Sequence record: MT135025.1
DNA: 64,000 nucleotides
Direction: 5' to 3' (one strand)
Made by a program: the position numbers and the translations under genes. Positions 46,162 to 56,306 of this stretch are shown piece after piece; the first letter of the stretch is position 1; each line of letters starts with the position of its first letter. The notes beneath the pieces were generated by a model. The model was not told the origin of the DNA, did no database searches, and was given only the letters and a program-made list of their open reading frames with translations.

Positions 46162-46823
46162 TGGGATTTTTCAGTAACATCTTCGACTTTGATAACTTCG
46201 ACCTAGGAGAAATTGCAAAGATGCCTCTTACACAAACTGAGGCAGATTTCAACTTTGTTAAGGACATCTTTAGTGGTGATGCTGATAAGGCATTTGGTAA
46301 TCACCAAGATGCAATGACTGAGATGCAAGGCTATCTAGGTTTAAACAAAGACAACAAAATTGTAAAGAACTCTGATGCCATTGTGGGCAGTATCTTCGGG
46401 GCGGTTTTGGGTGGTGGTGCCCTAGCCGCTGGAGCTGGAGGTGGTACAGCAGGAGGCGGTGGAGCCGCAGCAGGTGGTGGATTTGGTTCAGGTGCTGCTG
46501 TTGGTTCAGGTGGTTTAGGCTCAGGGGCATTTGCTTCTATGGGTTCTATGTCTGCCCCAGCAGGAGGCGCTACGGCTACTACAGGTGGTCTCGGTGCAGG
46601 TGCTGCTAGCACTACTTCATTGACTCCCGCAGCCAGCTCAGGAGCCCCTGCAGCCGCCGGAGCAGGAGATTACCTTAGCAATATTAACCAAGGTATGAAC
46701 TTATTACAGAACCTGCAAGGCCAGCCACCACAAATGCAATTGCAGAGTCCGTTGAGAGGTGCTCGTTCATATCAAACTAATGAAGTACCTACACCAGAGA
46801 AAACGTATGGAGGTTTAATTTAA
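46161..46823 (+). CDS. Gly/Ala-rich internal virion (ejection) protein
   Basis: Hydrophobic GSIFGAVLGGG segment plus Gly-rich tract. Confidence 0.7.
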   Translation: MGFFSNIFDFDNFDLGEIAKMPLTQTEADFNFVKDIFSGDADKAFGNHQDAMTEMQGYLGLNKDNKIVKNSDAIVGSIFGAVLGGGALAAGAGGGTAGGGGAAAGGGFGSGAAVGSGGLGSGAFASMGSMSAPAGGATATTGGLGAGAASTTSLTPAASSGAPAAAGAGDYLSNINQGMNLLQNLQGQPPQMQLQSPLRGARSYQTNEVPTPEKTYGGLI

Positions 46824-48025
46824 TGGCAACCCTATTTGATAACTTAAAAGGTTATGTAAACACAGCTTCGGATTTTCTTGACGAAAACCTCAGCTCTGAT
46901 ATTGTTACAAGAGCTCTGACACCTACAGGGGTGGGTCTGTTGAAAGATGTATATAAAGATGTCGAAAGTGGTGTTACAAAGACCGCTAAAGAGGTTGGTT
47001 CTAAAGCATATGATATTGCAGAGAAAGGAACCAAGCAATTTGCCAAAGCCAGTGTTCCTATCACCAGTGTGTTAAATTCAGAAGATGGTGTTGGTAAAAC
47101 ATTAGAAGATGCTGGCATCCTAACACTAGATACGGATGTTGGCAAAGAGTTTTTTAAAAATGTTGGTGAGAAAGGAGCTGAGGCATATAAAAAGAGTAAG
47201 TCCTTTGTATCTGGTATTATAGGTGATGATGCTCCATCCAGTGTGGCTGAGCCTGCTGCTGTTATTGATGCAATGGAAACACCTAAGCTGGATGAAGACC
47301 AGTATAAAGAGGTTCGAGAGAAACTTCAAGAGGAGGTAGATGACAGACGAGAACATGCACTCAGACTGCACTTTGCCGACAGAAATACTAAGGAAGGCAA
47401 GAATGCTTGGGAACGTACAGCGAAAGCTCTCAACGTACCTCTTGATTGGCTGCTTAAGAAGTGGGATGAGTTTGACGAAACAGCAGGTGGGTATCCGTCA
47501 GGTGCTGCTGGCTTACTTGGTGATGCTGGCGGTGCTGTTGCGGAAGGTGCCGCTTTTCTAAACGATAAGATTGACTTCATTACAATGCTTTCTATTGGAG
47601 CACAAGCTGCATCTAATAGAGACCCTGTAAGTGTTGCCGTCTTAAAAGGTTTGGGGGCAGGTGTACAAGCACGACAACAACAAAAAGCAGCCGCCGCTAA
47701 GCAGAAACGTGAAGATGCTAAGTGGGCAGCAGAACAAAATGTGAGAGAGTATAACGCATTAGTTAACGGTAGACGTCAGCAAGCTTCATTGCTTGATAAA
47801 GAGAATAAGCCGCTGGAATTATCAACCAGTGACCGCTCTATTGCTAAGTCATATGCAGCAGATAACAAGGTTGCACAGTCTGTAGTAGAAGATGCTATTA
47901 TCCGTTTGAAGTCAGTTAACCAACCTGTTACACCGACTACGATTCAAAATGCAATCAAGCAAGGTGTTGCTTCAGGAGCATATGATGAACCTATGTTCTT
48001 TGGCAAGACCACATTAATGGATTAA
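46823..48025 (+). CDS. internal virion protein
   Basis: 400 aa ORF in the ejection-protein block. Confidence 0.7.
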   Translation: MATLFDNLKGYVNTASDFLDENLSSDIVTRALTPTGVGLLKDVYKDVESGVTKTAKEVGSKAYDIAEKGTKQFAKASVPITSVLNSEDGVGKTLEDAGILTLDTDVGKEFFKNVGEKGAEAYKKSKSFVSGIIGDDAPSSVAEPAAVIDAMETPKLDEDQYKEVREKLQEEVDDRREHALRLHFADRNTKEGKNAWERTAKALNVPLDWLLKKWDEFDETAGGYPSGAAGLLGDAGGAVAEGAAFLNDKIDFITMLSIGAQAASNRDPVSVAVLKGLGAGVQARQQQKAAAAKQKREDAKWAAEQNVREYNALVNGRRQQASLLDKENKPLELSTSDRSIAKSYAADNKVAQSVVEDAIIRLKSVNQPVTPTTIQNAIKQGVASGAYDEPMFFGKTTLMD

Positions 48026-48034
48026 GGAGTTTTA

Positions 48035-50366
48035 ATGAGTGATAATCTTGGCAATACGCCACAATTATTTGGTGAGGGCAGCCCACTAGATACTGATGTA
48101 AATTTTGGTGCTACTACAAATGAAGTTGATTTAGGCTTTGAGCCAAGAGTAGAACGTGTTGGGGCTTTAGAGGCTGGTGTCGATAAGGCACTGGCTTCTC
48201 AATCTCGTGCTGCTTCTGTACTAGCAGGTAAGCTTGGTCTAGATGAAACAGCTAGTGACCTTGCACAATACTCAGAAGAGAAGTATGCAGAGTGGCGTAA
48301 GTTTAACCCTAAAGTAGCTTCATACAAAGATATTAAAAGCCTTGGTCAATTGATGGATTATATTGGTGAGGGTCTAGCTACAGGTGCTCCAGAAGTGGCA
48401 GCAATGTTCTTTGGTAGGTTAGGTCTTGTCGCTAATGCAGCTTCATACTTTGGTGATACAGTAAACCAACAAATTGAAGCAGGAGAGGAAATTGATGTAG
48501 GTCGTGCAATGGTCACGGCTGGTGCTGAATCACTATTAAACATTCCTATCACTAAAGCCATGAAAGGTATGTTAGCCAAGCTAGACAAAACCAACCTTAC
48601 AGAAGAAGCTAAGAAGAATGTACTTACAGACTTGGCTAAGAACTTCGCTGTTGATGGTGGTACTAACGGTGCTCAACAAGTATTACGTAACTACGGTGTA
48701 ACCGGAGAGATTTCCACAGAGGATATTGATGAGGCTATCGTAGGTGGTATGCTTGTATCAGCTCCTTTACGTGTAGCACAGGCAACTGTAGATAAAGCTA
48801 AACAAGCTGAACTAGCAGAGATGGCTAGTGACCATGCAGTAAAGACAGGTGATATTGCAGGTGCAGATGGCTTCATGCAATCAGCTCTTAACTTCACTAT
48901 GGGTACTGCATTACGTCCTGTACGACGTTTCCTAGAGGGAACAGAGGCAGGGCAGGAAATTAATAAACGTATTGAGACTATGCGTGTTGAACGTGAGGTT
49001 ATGGCAGCAGAAATGAATAACCGTATTGATGCTTTGTTTTCTGCGGTTAAGGATGCTGATAAACTACGCAAGGATTACGCAGAGGGACGTCGAGATACGG
49101 CTGAATTACAACAGCTAGATTCAATTATGAATGATGTACATGCTCGTGCTAACAGTAAGCAAGGGGCTAACTTAGATGCAGGCTTCATTCAAAACTATTT
49201 GCCAACTACCTTTGATGTTGAGAAGTTTGATGTAGATACACTTCACAATCAATACACACGTTGGTATAACGAACAAGTAGATAAAACAACTGTAGATACT
49301 GATGGTAATGTAAAACCTCTTGTAACTCCAGATGAGGCTCTTGGTAAGATTAAAGCTTTCAAGGTAGCCCTAGAGAAACAAGACACAGAAGCGGCTAGAA
49401 TGCCTCGTGTAAGTATTGATGAGAATGGTAACGTAGTTGCCCCTAACCGAGTTGAAACATCTTCTCCAATGAAGTATGGACAGCTTGAGAAGTCTCGTCA
49501 ATTAGGCTTCATTCCTCAGCATATCTTAAATGACCAAGCAATCTCTAATAACTTTAAAGAACAGTTACAGAGTTATGTACAATCAGCAGCTCATCGTATT
49601 ACATATGCAGAGCAGCTAGGTAAGAATAACGAAATCCTAAACGGTCTTATGGCTCAGGCTAACGCCCAACGAGGTAATGCTCAAGCTATGACTACAGCAG
49701 AAGTAGATACATTCTACAACGCTATGGATGCTTACCAAGGTACATATGGTCAATTCCAGAGTGAGTCAGCTAAGAAGTTAGCTTCTGTTGCTCGTTCTAT
49801 CTCTAACGTAGTGGCTCTACCACTTACTGCATTGTCATCTTTGACAGAGCCATTTAACTTGGCTATAAAAGTAGGTAACGTAGCTGCTAGTAAAGCTTTT
49901 GTTAAGGCATTAGGTTCTATTTCACGAGACTTAATCAGTACATTTACTGGTGGTATTGTAGATAAATCTGAAACAAACCGTCAGCTATTAATGACTGGTC
50001 GTAGTTTTATGAATGCAACTACTGCACTTAACAACCGTATTCAGGGTGAGTTCTTAAGCCCTGCAATGCAAAACTTTAACAATGCGTTCTTCCATGCTAC
50101 TGGTCAGACTGCTATCAACTACTTGGTAAACAGTATGGCTGTACATGCAATGGATGCACAACTTAAAACTGACCTAACTACAATCAATAGTCGTCCTAAG
50201 AACTCACGAGCTTACATGAGTGCTGTGGAACGATTGAATGATTTAGGTATCAGTGAGAGCATTGCTCAAGCGATGTATAAGAACCCGAATATCATTGATG
50301 AATATAAACCATCTATGGTAGCACGGTTCAACAGAGACGTAGCACTAAACCCAGAGGCTCTAGATA
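48035..50366 (+). CDS. large internal virion protein, N-terminal part (continues at 63357)
   Basis: 50304-50366 is duplicated at 63294-63356; the joined sequence is in frame. Confidence 0.85.
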
Positions 50367-50508
50367 GACGGTTGTACCAGTCAACATTCTTCGTCTTGTG
50401 GTGAAATACCGAAGACACCAAAACGATTGAAATCAGGGATGAATTCAACCGACGTACCTTGTGTACCACCTTTCGAAGTTCTAACGAAAATACGCTCTGC
50501 GTTGTTCG
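50367..50508 (-). other. foreign fragment resembling type II topoisomerase (gp39/GyrB-like)
   Basis: Reverse frame ...KGGTQGTSVEFIPDFNRFG. Confidence 0.55.
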
Positions 50509-51285
50509 AACAGAGTCTAGGATACGTTTGTATTCACTAATGTTGCTGTTGTAGACATGACTCCACTCAGGGTCTTTAAGTAAGATAGATAAGATAGCAT
50601 AATCAAATCGTGTGTGCATTACCTCATCACGACAGATAAGCTTAACATCTTGTGCAATACCTTGGAATACACCAGTCTCTGCAATGCCAAATGTAACTGA
50701 GAAGCTTGCCATAAATGCAATAGCCTCAAGTGCAAATAGTGCGAAGATAGCACCTAGAATAGCTTGCATGACCTCTTTACGGGTTGAATCTTTAGGTAGT
50801 GCTTCTAGTCTATCAAAAGCCTCTACAATCGCTTGAGAGCGGTCTAATACTTTAAGGTTGTCATAGGTTTCCTTAAGCATTTCAACAGGGTTCTGGAACG
50901 TCTGCTTGACGATATGGCTATATGTACGAGCATGGATAGTCTCGAACAAGCTCCAACAGTTAAGCAAACCCTCCAACTCAGAGTTTGTAACATATTTCAT
51001 TAACAAACCAGAGATAGATTTAGAAGCTACAGAGTCAGCTAGATGTTGCCAACTGATAGTCTTAACCATAAGCTCAGTTACTTTAGGGTCAACTTTCTGC
51101 ATATCCATCTTGTCTTGAGTCAAGTCTACCTCAAACTCATTCCAGATTTGAGCCATCTGTTGTTGGTACAGCTCTTCTAGCTCAGGATATGTACGGTTAA
51201 TTGTGTCGAATAGACCTAGTTCTTCACCTAGGAATAATGGGTACCCCTCAGAGTACCCTTTGTTATTTGCATTAAATACAGTCAT
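50509..51285 (-). CDS. nrdB: ribonucleotide reductase class Ia beta subunit, 3'-truncated
   Basis: W...EVDL.QD, DSVA, ETIHARTY, ALEAIAF..SF, RDE.MH di-iron ligands. Confidence 0.93.
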
Positions 51286-53381
51286 TACAGTTTACAACCC
51301 CCTTCACAACCCTCTTCTTCTGAAGATGAGAATGTGCCTCCATTATAATCGTTAGTGTTAGAGTAGTACATTGTCTTGTTGCCTAGACGGGCTTGTGCAA
51401 CCCAGTCTTTAATAAGTTTAGACATTGGTACTTTGCCGCCCTCAAATCGTGACGGTGTAATGTAATAGTCAGCAGAAATAGCTTGGTCAGTGTAAGCCTG
51501 TACTGCTGCATAAGCTCTTGCTAGTGTAAGGTTATCAATATCCCAAGCTGTCTCTACTACATTAGGTGCAATGTATTGGATGTTACCATAGCGTGATTGC
51601 TTGTTGATAACACGAGTACGAACTGGATATAGACCGTTAGTTGCATCAGAAAACACAGCACTTGACTCTGTAGGCATATGAGCTACAAGCACAGAGTTAC
51701 GACGTGGTTTGCCCCGCAATGCTTCCCAATCCATGAATGGCTCAGTCTTAGTACGCTTAGTGTCAATAGGTAGCCAATCTTCCTTGATGCCCTCACAAGG
51801 TGTACGACCCTCCTCTACTAGCTTTTGTGAAGCTTTAAGTAGGTAGTAGTAGTGCATCTCAGCCAAGCGTTCAATTGCATTAGCATCAGAGTAAGTACGA
51901 CCCTCACGATGTAGCCAACCAGCTAGACCAGTAATACCGATACCAATAGAACGACGCTTAGTGATGTTCATTTTCATAGAGTTAGTCATCATTGGAGCAC
52001 GTTCAATCAAGTTATCAACCGTCTTAACTGCTAGGTAAGCTAATCGTTCGTATTCCTCGTGAGTGTAAACACGAGATACGTTGATAGCTGATAGGCTACA
52101 GAATGCTGTCTCACCTTTGGACATGCCATTACCGTACAAGTCAGACATGTTTTCATATGGCTTAGTTGGAAGACAAATCTCTTGACATAAATTACTTAAC
52201 CTAATCTCATCGCTAAATGGTGTGTGGCGGTTAGCTTCTGATTTGTTGAAGCAATACACACGACCTGTTTCCTGACGTACAGTTAAGAATGTAGCCAACA
52301 GTTTACGAGCATTGATGTTCTTAGTAATGTTAGATACCTTACCACGTAGAGTGATGTCTTTGTTGTTGATAACTGCATCTAAGAACTCATCATCATAAAC
52401 AAGAGAATAGTCCAGCTTATCGAGTCGTCTATTCTCAGGAGTACGTTGAGATTTAAGTAGTAGTAAATCCACAACCTCAAGGTCATATACGTCAATAGCC
52501 ACTGTAGCAGAGCCGCCACGAGATACTTGGGTAAACATCTTAACAGCTTTATCAACCGTTGCGAAGATTGGAACCTTGCCCAAGTGTTTGATACGACCAC
52601 CTTTAACTGGTTCACCCAATGACCGTGTAGCCATTTCGATACCGATACCAGCTTTCTTAGCCGTCATCTTGTAAGCTATATGCTCTGCAACACCGATAGA
52701 ATCAACAGAATCACCGCCAGTAATGACGCAACAGCTAATAGAATCGAAGTCGCCGTTACGACACCCATTAAGAACTGGAGTCGGGAGATTGAGTTGACCA
52801 TATACCACCGCTTTAGCTGTATCATACGCTTCTTGAGTAGTACCGTGGATAGCCAAAGCCATAGCCAAAGCTCCCATGTGTGGTGTTTCAACTGCCTTAT
52901 CATCAATCTTAACTGCATACTTGTCATTCCATTGTTTGATTTGCCAGAACTCAAAGTAGTTAGGATACAAATCCTTATACCATTCATCCCAGATTGGGTC
53001 TGGTTCAGGGAAAGATTTAGCATCCCATAGACCAAGTTCACACATGTTGTGGTAAATAGTTAGGAAGCTATCCTTATCTGAGATACCAACCTGTGCCATG
53101 TTCTTACGTAGCGTTGCATACTCAAGACGAGCAGCTACACGAGACCACTTAAGTTCTTCTTTGTCTAGACAGACCTTAATCATTGTACTATGAATCTCTT
53201 CAGTAGTAACTTCAAGTGGCAGTCGGTCTAAGGTTTTACCGTATAGCTCTTTCCAATTAACGTCATGCTTAGCTGCATACTTCGACCATCGTTTAATCTT
53301 CTCCTCAGAGAAAGGCTCTTTATGACCATTGCGCTTAATAACTGTACGTTGTGTTTCTTCTTGGAAATATTTATCTAGCAT
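51285..53381 (-). CDS. nrdA: ribonucleotide reductase class Ia alpha subunit
   Basis: ATP cone VIKRNG, LPTP, SCC, SNLCQEI, CSLSAIN, MPT.SS, C-terminal CEGGCKL. Confidence 0.96.
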   Translation of the reverse strand: MLDKYFQEETQRTVIKRNGHKEPFSEEKIKRWSKYAAKHDVNWKELYGKTLDRLPLEVTTEEIHSTMIKVCLDKEELKWSRVAARLEYATLRKNMAQVGISDKDSFLTIYHNMCELGLWDAKSFPEPDPIWDEWYKDLYPNYFEFWQIKQWNDKYAVKIDDKAVETPHMGALAMALAIHGTTQEAYDTAKAVVYGQLNLPTPVLNGCRNGDFDSISCCVITGGDSVDSIGVAEHIAYKMTAKKAGIGIEMATRSLGEPVKGGRIKHLGKVPIFATVDKAVKMFTQVSRGGSATVAIDVYDLEVVDLLLLKSQRTPENRRLDKLDYSLVYDDEFLDAVINNKDITLRGKVSNITKNINARKLLATFLTVRQETGRVYCFNKSEANRHTPFSDEIRLSNLCQEICLPTKPYENMSDLYGNGMSKGETAFCSLSAINVSRVYTHEEYERLAYLAVKTVDNLIERAPMMTNSMKMNITKRRSIGIGITGLAGWLHREGRTYSDANAIERLAEMHYYYLLKASQKLVEEGRTPCEGIKEDWLPIDTKRTKTEPFMDWEALRGKPRRNSVLVAHMPTESSAVFSDATNGLYPVRTRVINKQSRYGNIQYIAPNVVETAWDIDNLTLARAYAAVQAYTDQAISADYYITPSRFEGGKVPMSKLIKDWVAQARLGNKTMYYSNTNDYNGGTFSSSEEEGCEGGCKL

Positions 53382-54219
53382 ATAATTCTCTTTCGTAGTT
53401 TTCTAATAACCTTTTAGTTGAATCTAGTTCTTCCCACGGAATAAGTTCGTAGGACATAAATAATAGTGTGCCATTCTCAAGCAGGTGTTCTTTCCACAAG
53501 TTGCCACAATGTAATTGATATTGTGCAGCAACGATGTTAAACATCTCTTGCTCGGATGAGGCTTCAGCTAGAAGTTGTTCTGCTGCTTTAGGACCAACGC
53601 CCTTTCGTCTTGGGTTTCCTTTCTTGTCTGGTAACTTAACGGCACATCCAAGAATATTGTCGGTGGAATCTCCTGTAAGACATTGTGTATAGAACCATCT
53701 ATCAGCTTCAAGCTTATCAATCCACTGAAGCGGTTTCTCAGGACTTCGTTCACCCACTGCCCACGAGTAGTGCCATCCAGGATGACCTCGTAAGTCCTTG
53801 TCTCTAGAGCCAATGCAGGTTGTCCCTTCATCCACATCTTGGTCTTTTGCCATGTGGTCATCTGCTTCGAAAAGCTCACAGTTAATTGTGTTCTCCAAGT
53901 AATCTCGGATAACCTCTCCAACCGTTTTCCAGTGATATGGTTTAACAAAGTCTTTTCGATTTCCCTTGTAAGGTTGGATAGTGGCTCGTTTAAATCGAAA
54001 ATTCTTTCCCTCTGAGAGGTAGCCTCGAACGTGAGTGCATCCAGTTCTCTCAATAATGTAATTAATCTTCTCTTTAACAAGCTCTTCAACTTTGGCTCTT
54101 GATTGTGGTACATCAATTTTAGTACCTCCTATCGTGATTGTATCTCCTTTTGATAAGATACTACCCAACTCATAACGTAGGATGTCACAGTCAAGTAATA
54201 GTGTATGTGGTTTATTCAT
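53371..54219 (-). CDS. 5'-3' exonuclease (T7 gp6-like)
   Basis: LLDCD, YKGNR, EADD, SRDKDL, GD.TDNI.G, GVGPK.A. Confidence 0.9.
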   Translation of the reverse strand: MNKPHTLLLDCDILRYELGSILSKGDTITIGGTKIDVPQSRAKVEELVKEKINYIIERTGCTHVRGYLSEGKNFRFKRATIQPYKGNRKDFVKPYHWKTVGEVIRDYLENTINCELFEADDHMAKDQDVDEGTTCIGSRDKDLRGHPGWHYSWAVGERSPEKPLQWIDKLEADRWFYTQCLTGDSTDNILGCAVKLPDKKGNPRRKGVGPKAAEQLLAEASSEQEMFNIVAAQYQLHCGNLWKEHLLENGTLLFMSYELIPWEELDSTKRLLENYERELYAR

Positions 54220-54230
54220 TTTGCAGGGTC

Positions 54231-54258
54231 AAAAAATCCCACCCGCAAGGGGTGGGTC
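54231..54258 (-). terminator. rho-independent terminator
   Basis: Minus strand ACCCACC-ccttgc-GGGTGGG-ATTTTTT. Confidence 0.75.
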
Positions 54259-54264
54259 TTAGGA

Positions 54265-54917
54265 TTAGAATGGGCGGTCGTCATCCGCATCAGCTTCCTC
54301 ATCTACGATAGCTTGAGGTGCTTCTTCTTTAGGCTGCTCTTGTGGTTGTTCTTCTTGTGCAGGTGCATCGCCATATACAACTGGTGGCTCACCCGGAATC
54401 TGACGACGTTCAGAGACTTTCTTTTTCTCCCAGCCGTACACTTCCTTATCCCAAACTTCTTGCATGTCTGGGTTGTAGAGGTTGAAGAATACTGTAGGTA
54501 GCTGTGCATCAAGTGGTGCACCTAGTGGCATTACAGACTGAATCTGGTTGTAGTAATGACCAGCTTTAGCTTTCTTCTTATTGACTTGTAGTAATACCGT
54601 CTTACCTAACTGAGCATCCCAGTTGAAGTCAACGATGTATTCGTGTTCGTTTTCCTTACCCTTACGGATAGTAGGAACTTGTGGGTCTAGAGCTTTAGCA
54701 ATAGCAAAGCCATTAGACTTGTGGTGTAGTTGGTCGTTTAATGGGTATTCTCGTGTAAGAGTCTTAGCGCCCTCTTCTCGTGAACCATCATCAAACACTT
54801 TCCAATGATTAGGTACTTTGTTACCCATCATATCTTCAACAAGCTCAAAGCCGAAGACAGTAATGAATTGAATCTTACCCTCTTCAAAGTCGCTCTCTTG
54901 GAAGCCTAGAGTTACGA
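54265..54917 (-). CDS. putative ssDNA-binding protein, 5'-truncated
   Basis: VTLGFQE start of the visible frame, acidic C-terminus ending DDDRPF. Confidence 0.65.
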
Positions 54918-55044
54918 AGTTCGATTCAGTTCACGCGGGATCGGCACGAGTAAATCAGGGCGAACTTCTACGATGTCAACGAAATCGCTGTAATCGCCAG
55001 CTTTTTTACCTAAATGTTCAGCAGCAATAGCTGAAACTTGATCA

Positions 55045-55147
55045 CATTAGATGGAAGATTAAATCTGGTACTTGGTTCATGTGATACTCCTTTTTTAAGA
55101 GTATACACGAATCAAATCGCTACATCAAGTATCTTCTTTCAAGTTTT
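55045..55147 (-). other. foreign fragment with promoter and ORF start
   Basis: TTGATG-N17-TATACT, AAGGAG, MNQVPDLIFHLM, then a break. Confidence 0.5.
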
Positions 55148-55393
55148 TCACGTCCACCAGTAGTTCTCATCAGTATCATCTCGCAATGGGAGGATAATTT
55201 CAGGATATACCGAACCATCATTAAGAACACCAGTTTGACCTAAGCCTTGTTCATAACCAGATACCTTCTTAGTCTTACCATGCTTAAACGAGACTTCATT
55301 AGCCTCGTCCCACATAGTAGAATCCAATTGTGATGGCTCTAGTGAAAAGTTGACACCTTTAGGTTTCTCAACTTTATAAACTTGGTATGCCAT
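55148..55393 (-). CDS. tail stabilisation protein (P22 gp10-like) N-terminus, truncated
   Basis: V.KP.GV...L.P..L....W..A.EV.F..GK..K..G pattern; remainder appears at 61391-62272. Confidence 0.6.
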   Translation of the reverse strand: MAYQVYKVEKPKGVNFSLEPSQLDSTMWDEANEVSFKHGKTKKVSGYEQGLGQTGVLNDGSVYPEIILPLRDDTDENYWWT

Positions 55394-55402
55394 TTATCCT
55401 CC

Positions 55403-56110
55403 TTATGCTTGACCTACATATACAATAAATGCTAGTACAACGTACTCTGGTCGGTTATCAAATGTTGGTACACCTTCATTATCTACTTCTGCTGTTAGTC
55501 CGTGACTGTGAGGTTGACCACCACCTACAGGTTCATTATAACCACGTTGGTTAGACTGCTGTGCAGAACCTACATCAAATGCACTAGCATTTCTAGGTGA
55601 GGCAACTCTACCATATTCACTATCACCATAACGACCAGCATAGTCATTATATCGGTTTAAGTGTTTATGTTCTGGAATCTCTGATTCAACCAGAGTATGA
55701 GGTTCAGAGATAAGATGGTCTGTAAGGTCAGGATTATTCTCACCACCAGTTGAACGGCTAGGCTGATATGAATCCTTAATGTTATTATAGCCCATGATGA
55801 ACTTATCACGTAAATCTACAGTCTGAAAACCATTCTGGATAGTACCATCAGATAGTACCCAACCAACTGGGATGTCCTCAATAAGACCTTGGAACATGGT
55901 AGTCTCACCAATGAAGCGACCTTGTGTGCCATCAGTCATTTTGTTTAGTTCAGCTACTGTAGCAGTAACCTCACCATCAATATTTGGGAATGATTCCTGT
56001 ACCATTCGCTTTACAGCTTTAATCTGGTCAGCACCCTCATAGCGAGGGTCCGTAGGTGCAGGAATATTGATATTCATTCCAGCAATGTAATTACCATTAT
56101 CAATTGCCAT
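55403..56110 (-). CDS. tail-collar domain protein
   Basis: GE..MF.G...IP.GW.L.DG......DLRDKF.MG; H.H; NRP.YVVL.FI. Confidence 0.8.
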   Translation of the reverse strand: MAIDNGNYIAGMNINIPAPTDPRYEGADQIKAVKRMVQESFPNIDGEVTATVAELNKMTDGTQGRFIGETTMFQGLIEDIPVGWVLSDGTIQNGFQTVDLRDKFIMGYNNIKDSYQPSRSTGGENNPDLTDHLISEPHTLVESEIPEHKHLNRYNDYAGRYGDSEYGRVASPRNASAFDVGSAQQSNQRGYNEPVGGGQPHSHGLTAEVDNEGVPTFDNRPEYVVLAFIVYVGQA

Positions 56111-56289
56111 TATTTACCTCCTTGTGGAATCATACGACCTAGAGCCGTAAAGAAACCAGCAGCAGCCATGATAAGACCAATCTGCCATTGCTGTAGGTAT
56201 GCCTCAAAGTAAGGCATTACACTGATTACAACGCCCGCTAGGGACGTTGTAATACTCAGTTGGATGGAATATTTCTTTAGCCAATTCAT
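56110..56289 (-). CDS. holin-like small membrane protein (59 aa, absent from ORF track)
   Basis: MNWLKKYSIQLSITTSLAGVVISVMPY...LIMAAAGFFTALGRMIPQGGK; two hydrophobic segments; TAATG coupling. Confidence 0.65.
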   Translation of the reverse strand: MNWLKKYSIQLSITTSLAGVVISVMPYFEAYLQQWQIGLIMAAAGFFTALGRMIPQGGK

Positions 56290-56306
56290 ATCTTTTTCCT
56301 GTTGTG

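Noticed and set aside
50266-50508. C-terminal 80 aa of the NrdB ORF and last residues of ORF 48035-50404
   Set aside because: Read-through into junction DNA; not real protein ends
55148-55393. Stand-alone 81 aa protein
   Set aside because: Resembles the N-terminus of the gp10-like tail protein whose C-terminal part is at 61391-62272; the stop comes from the junction
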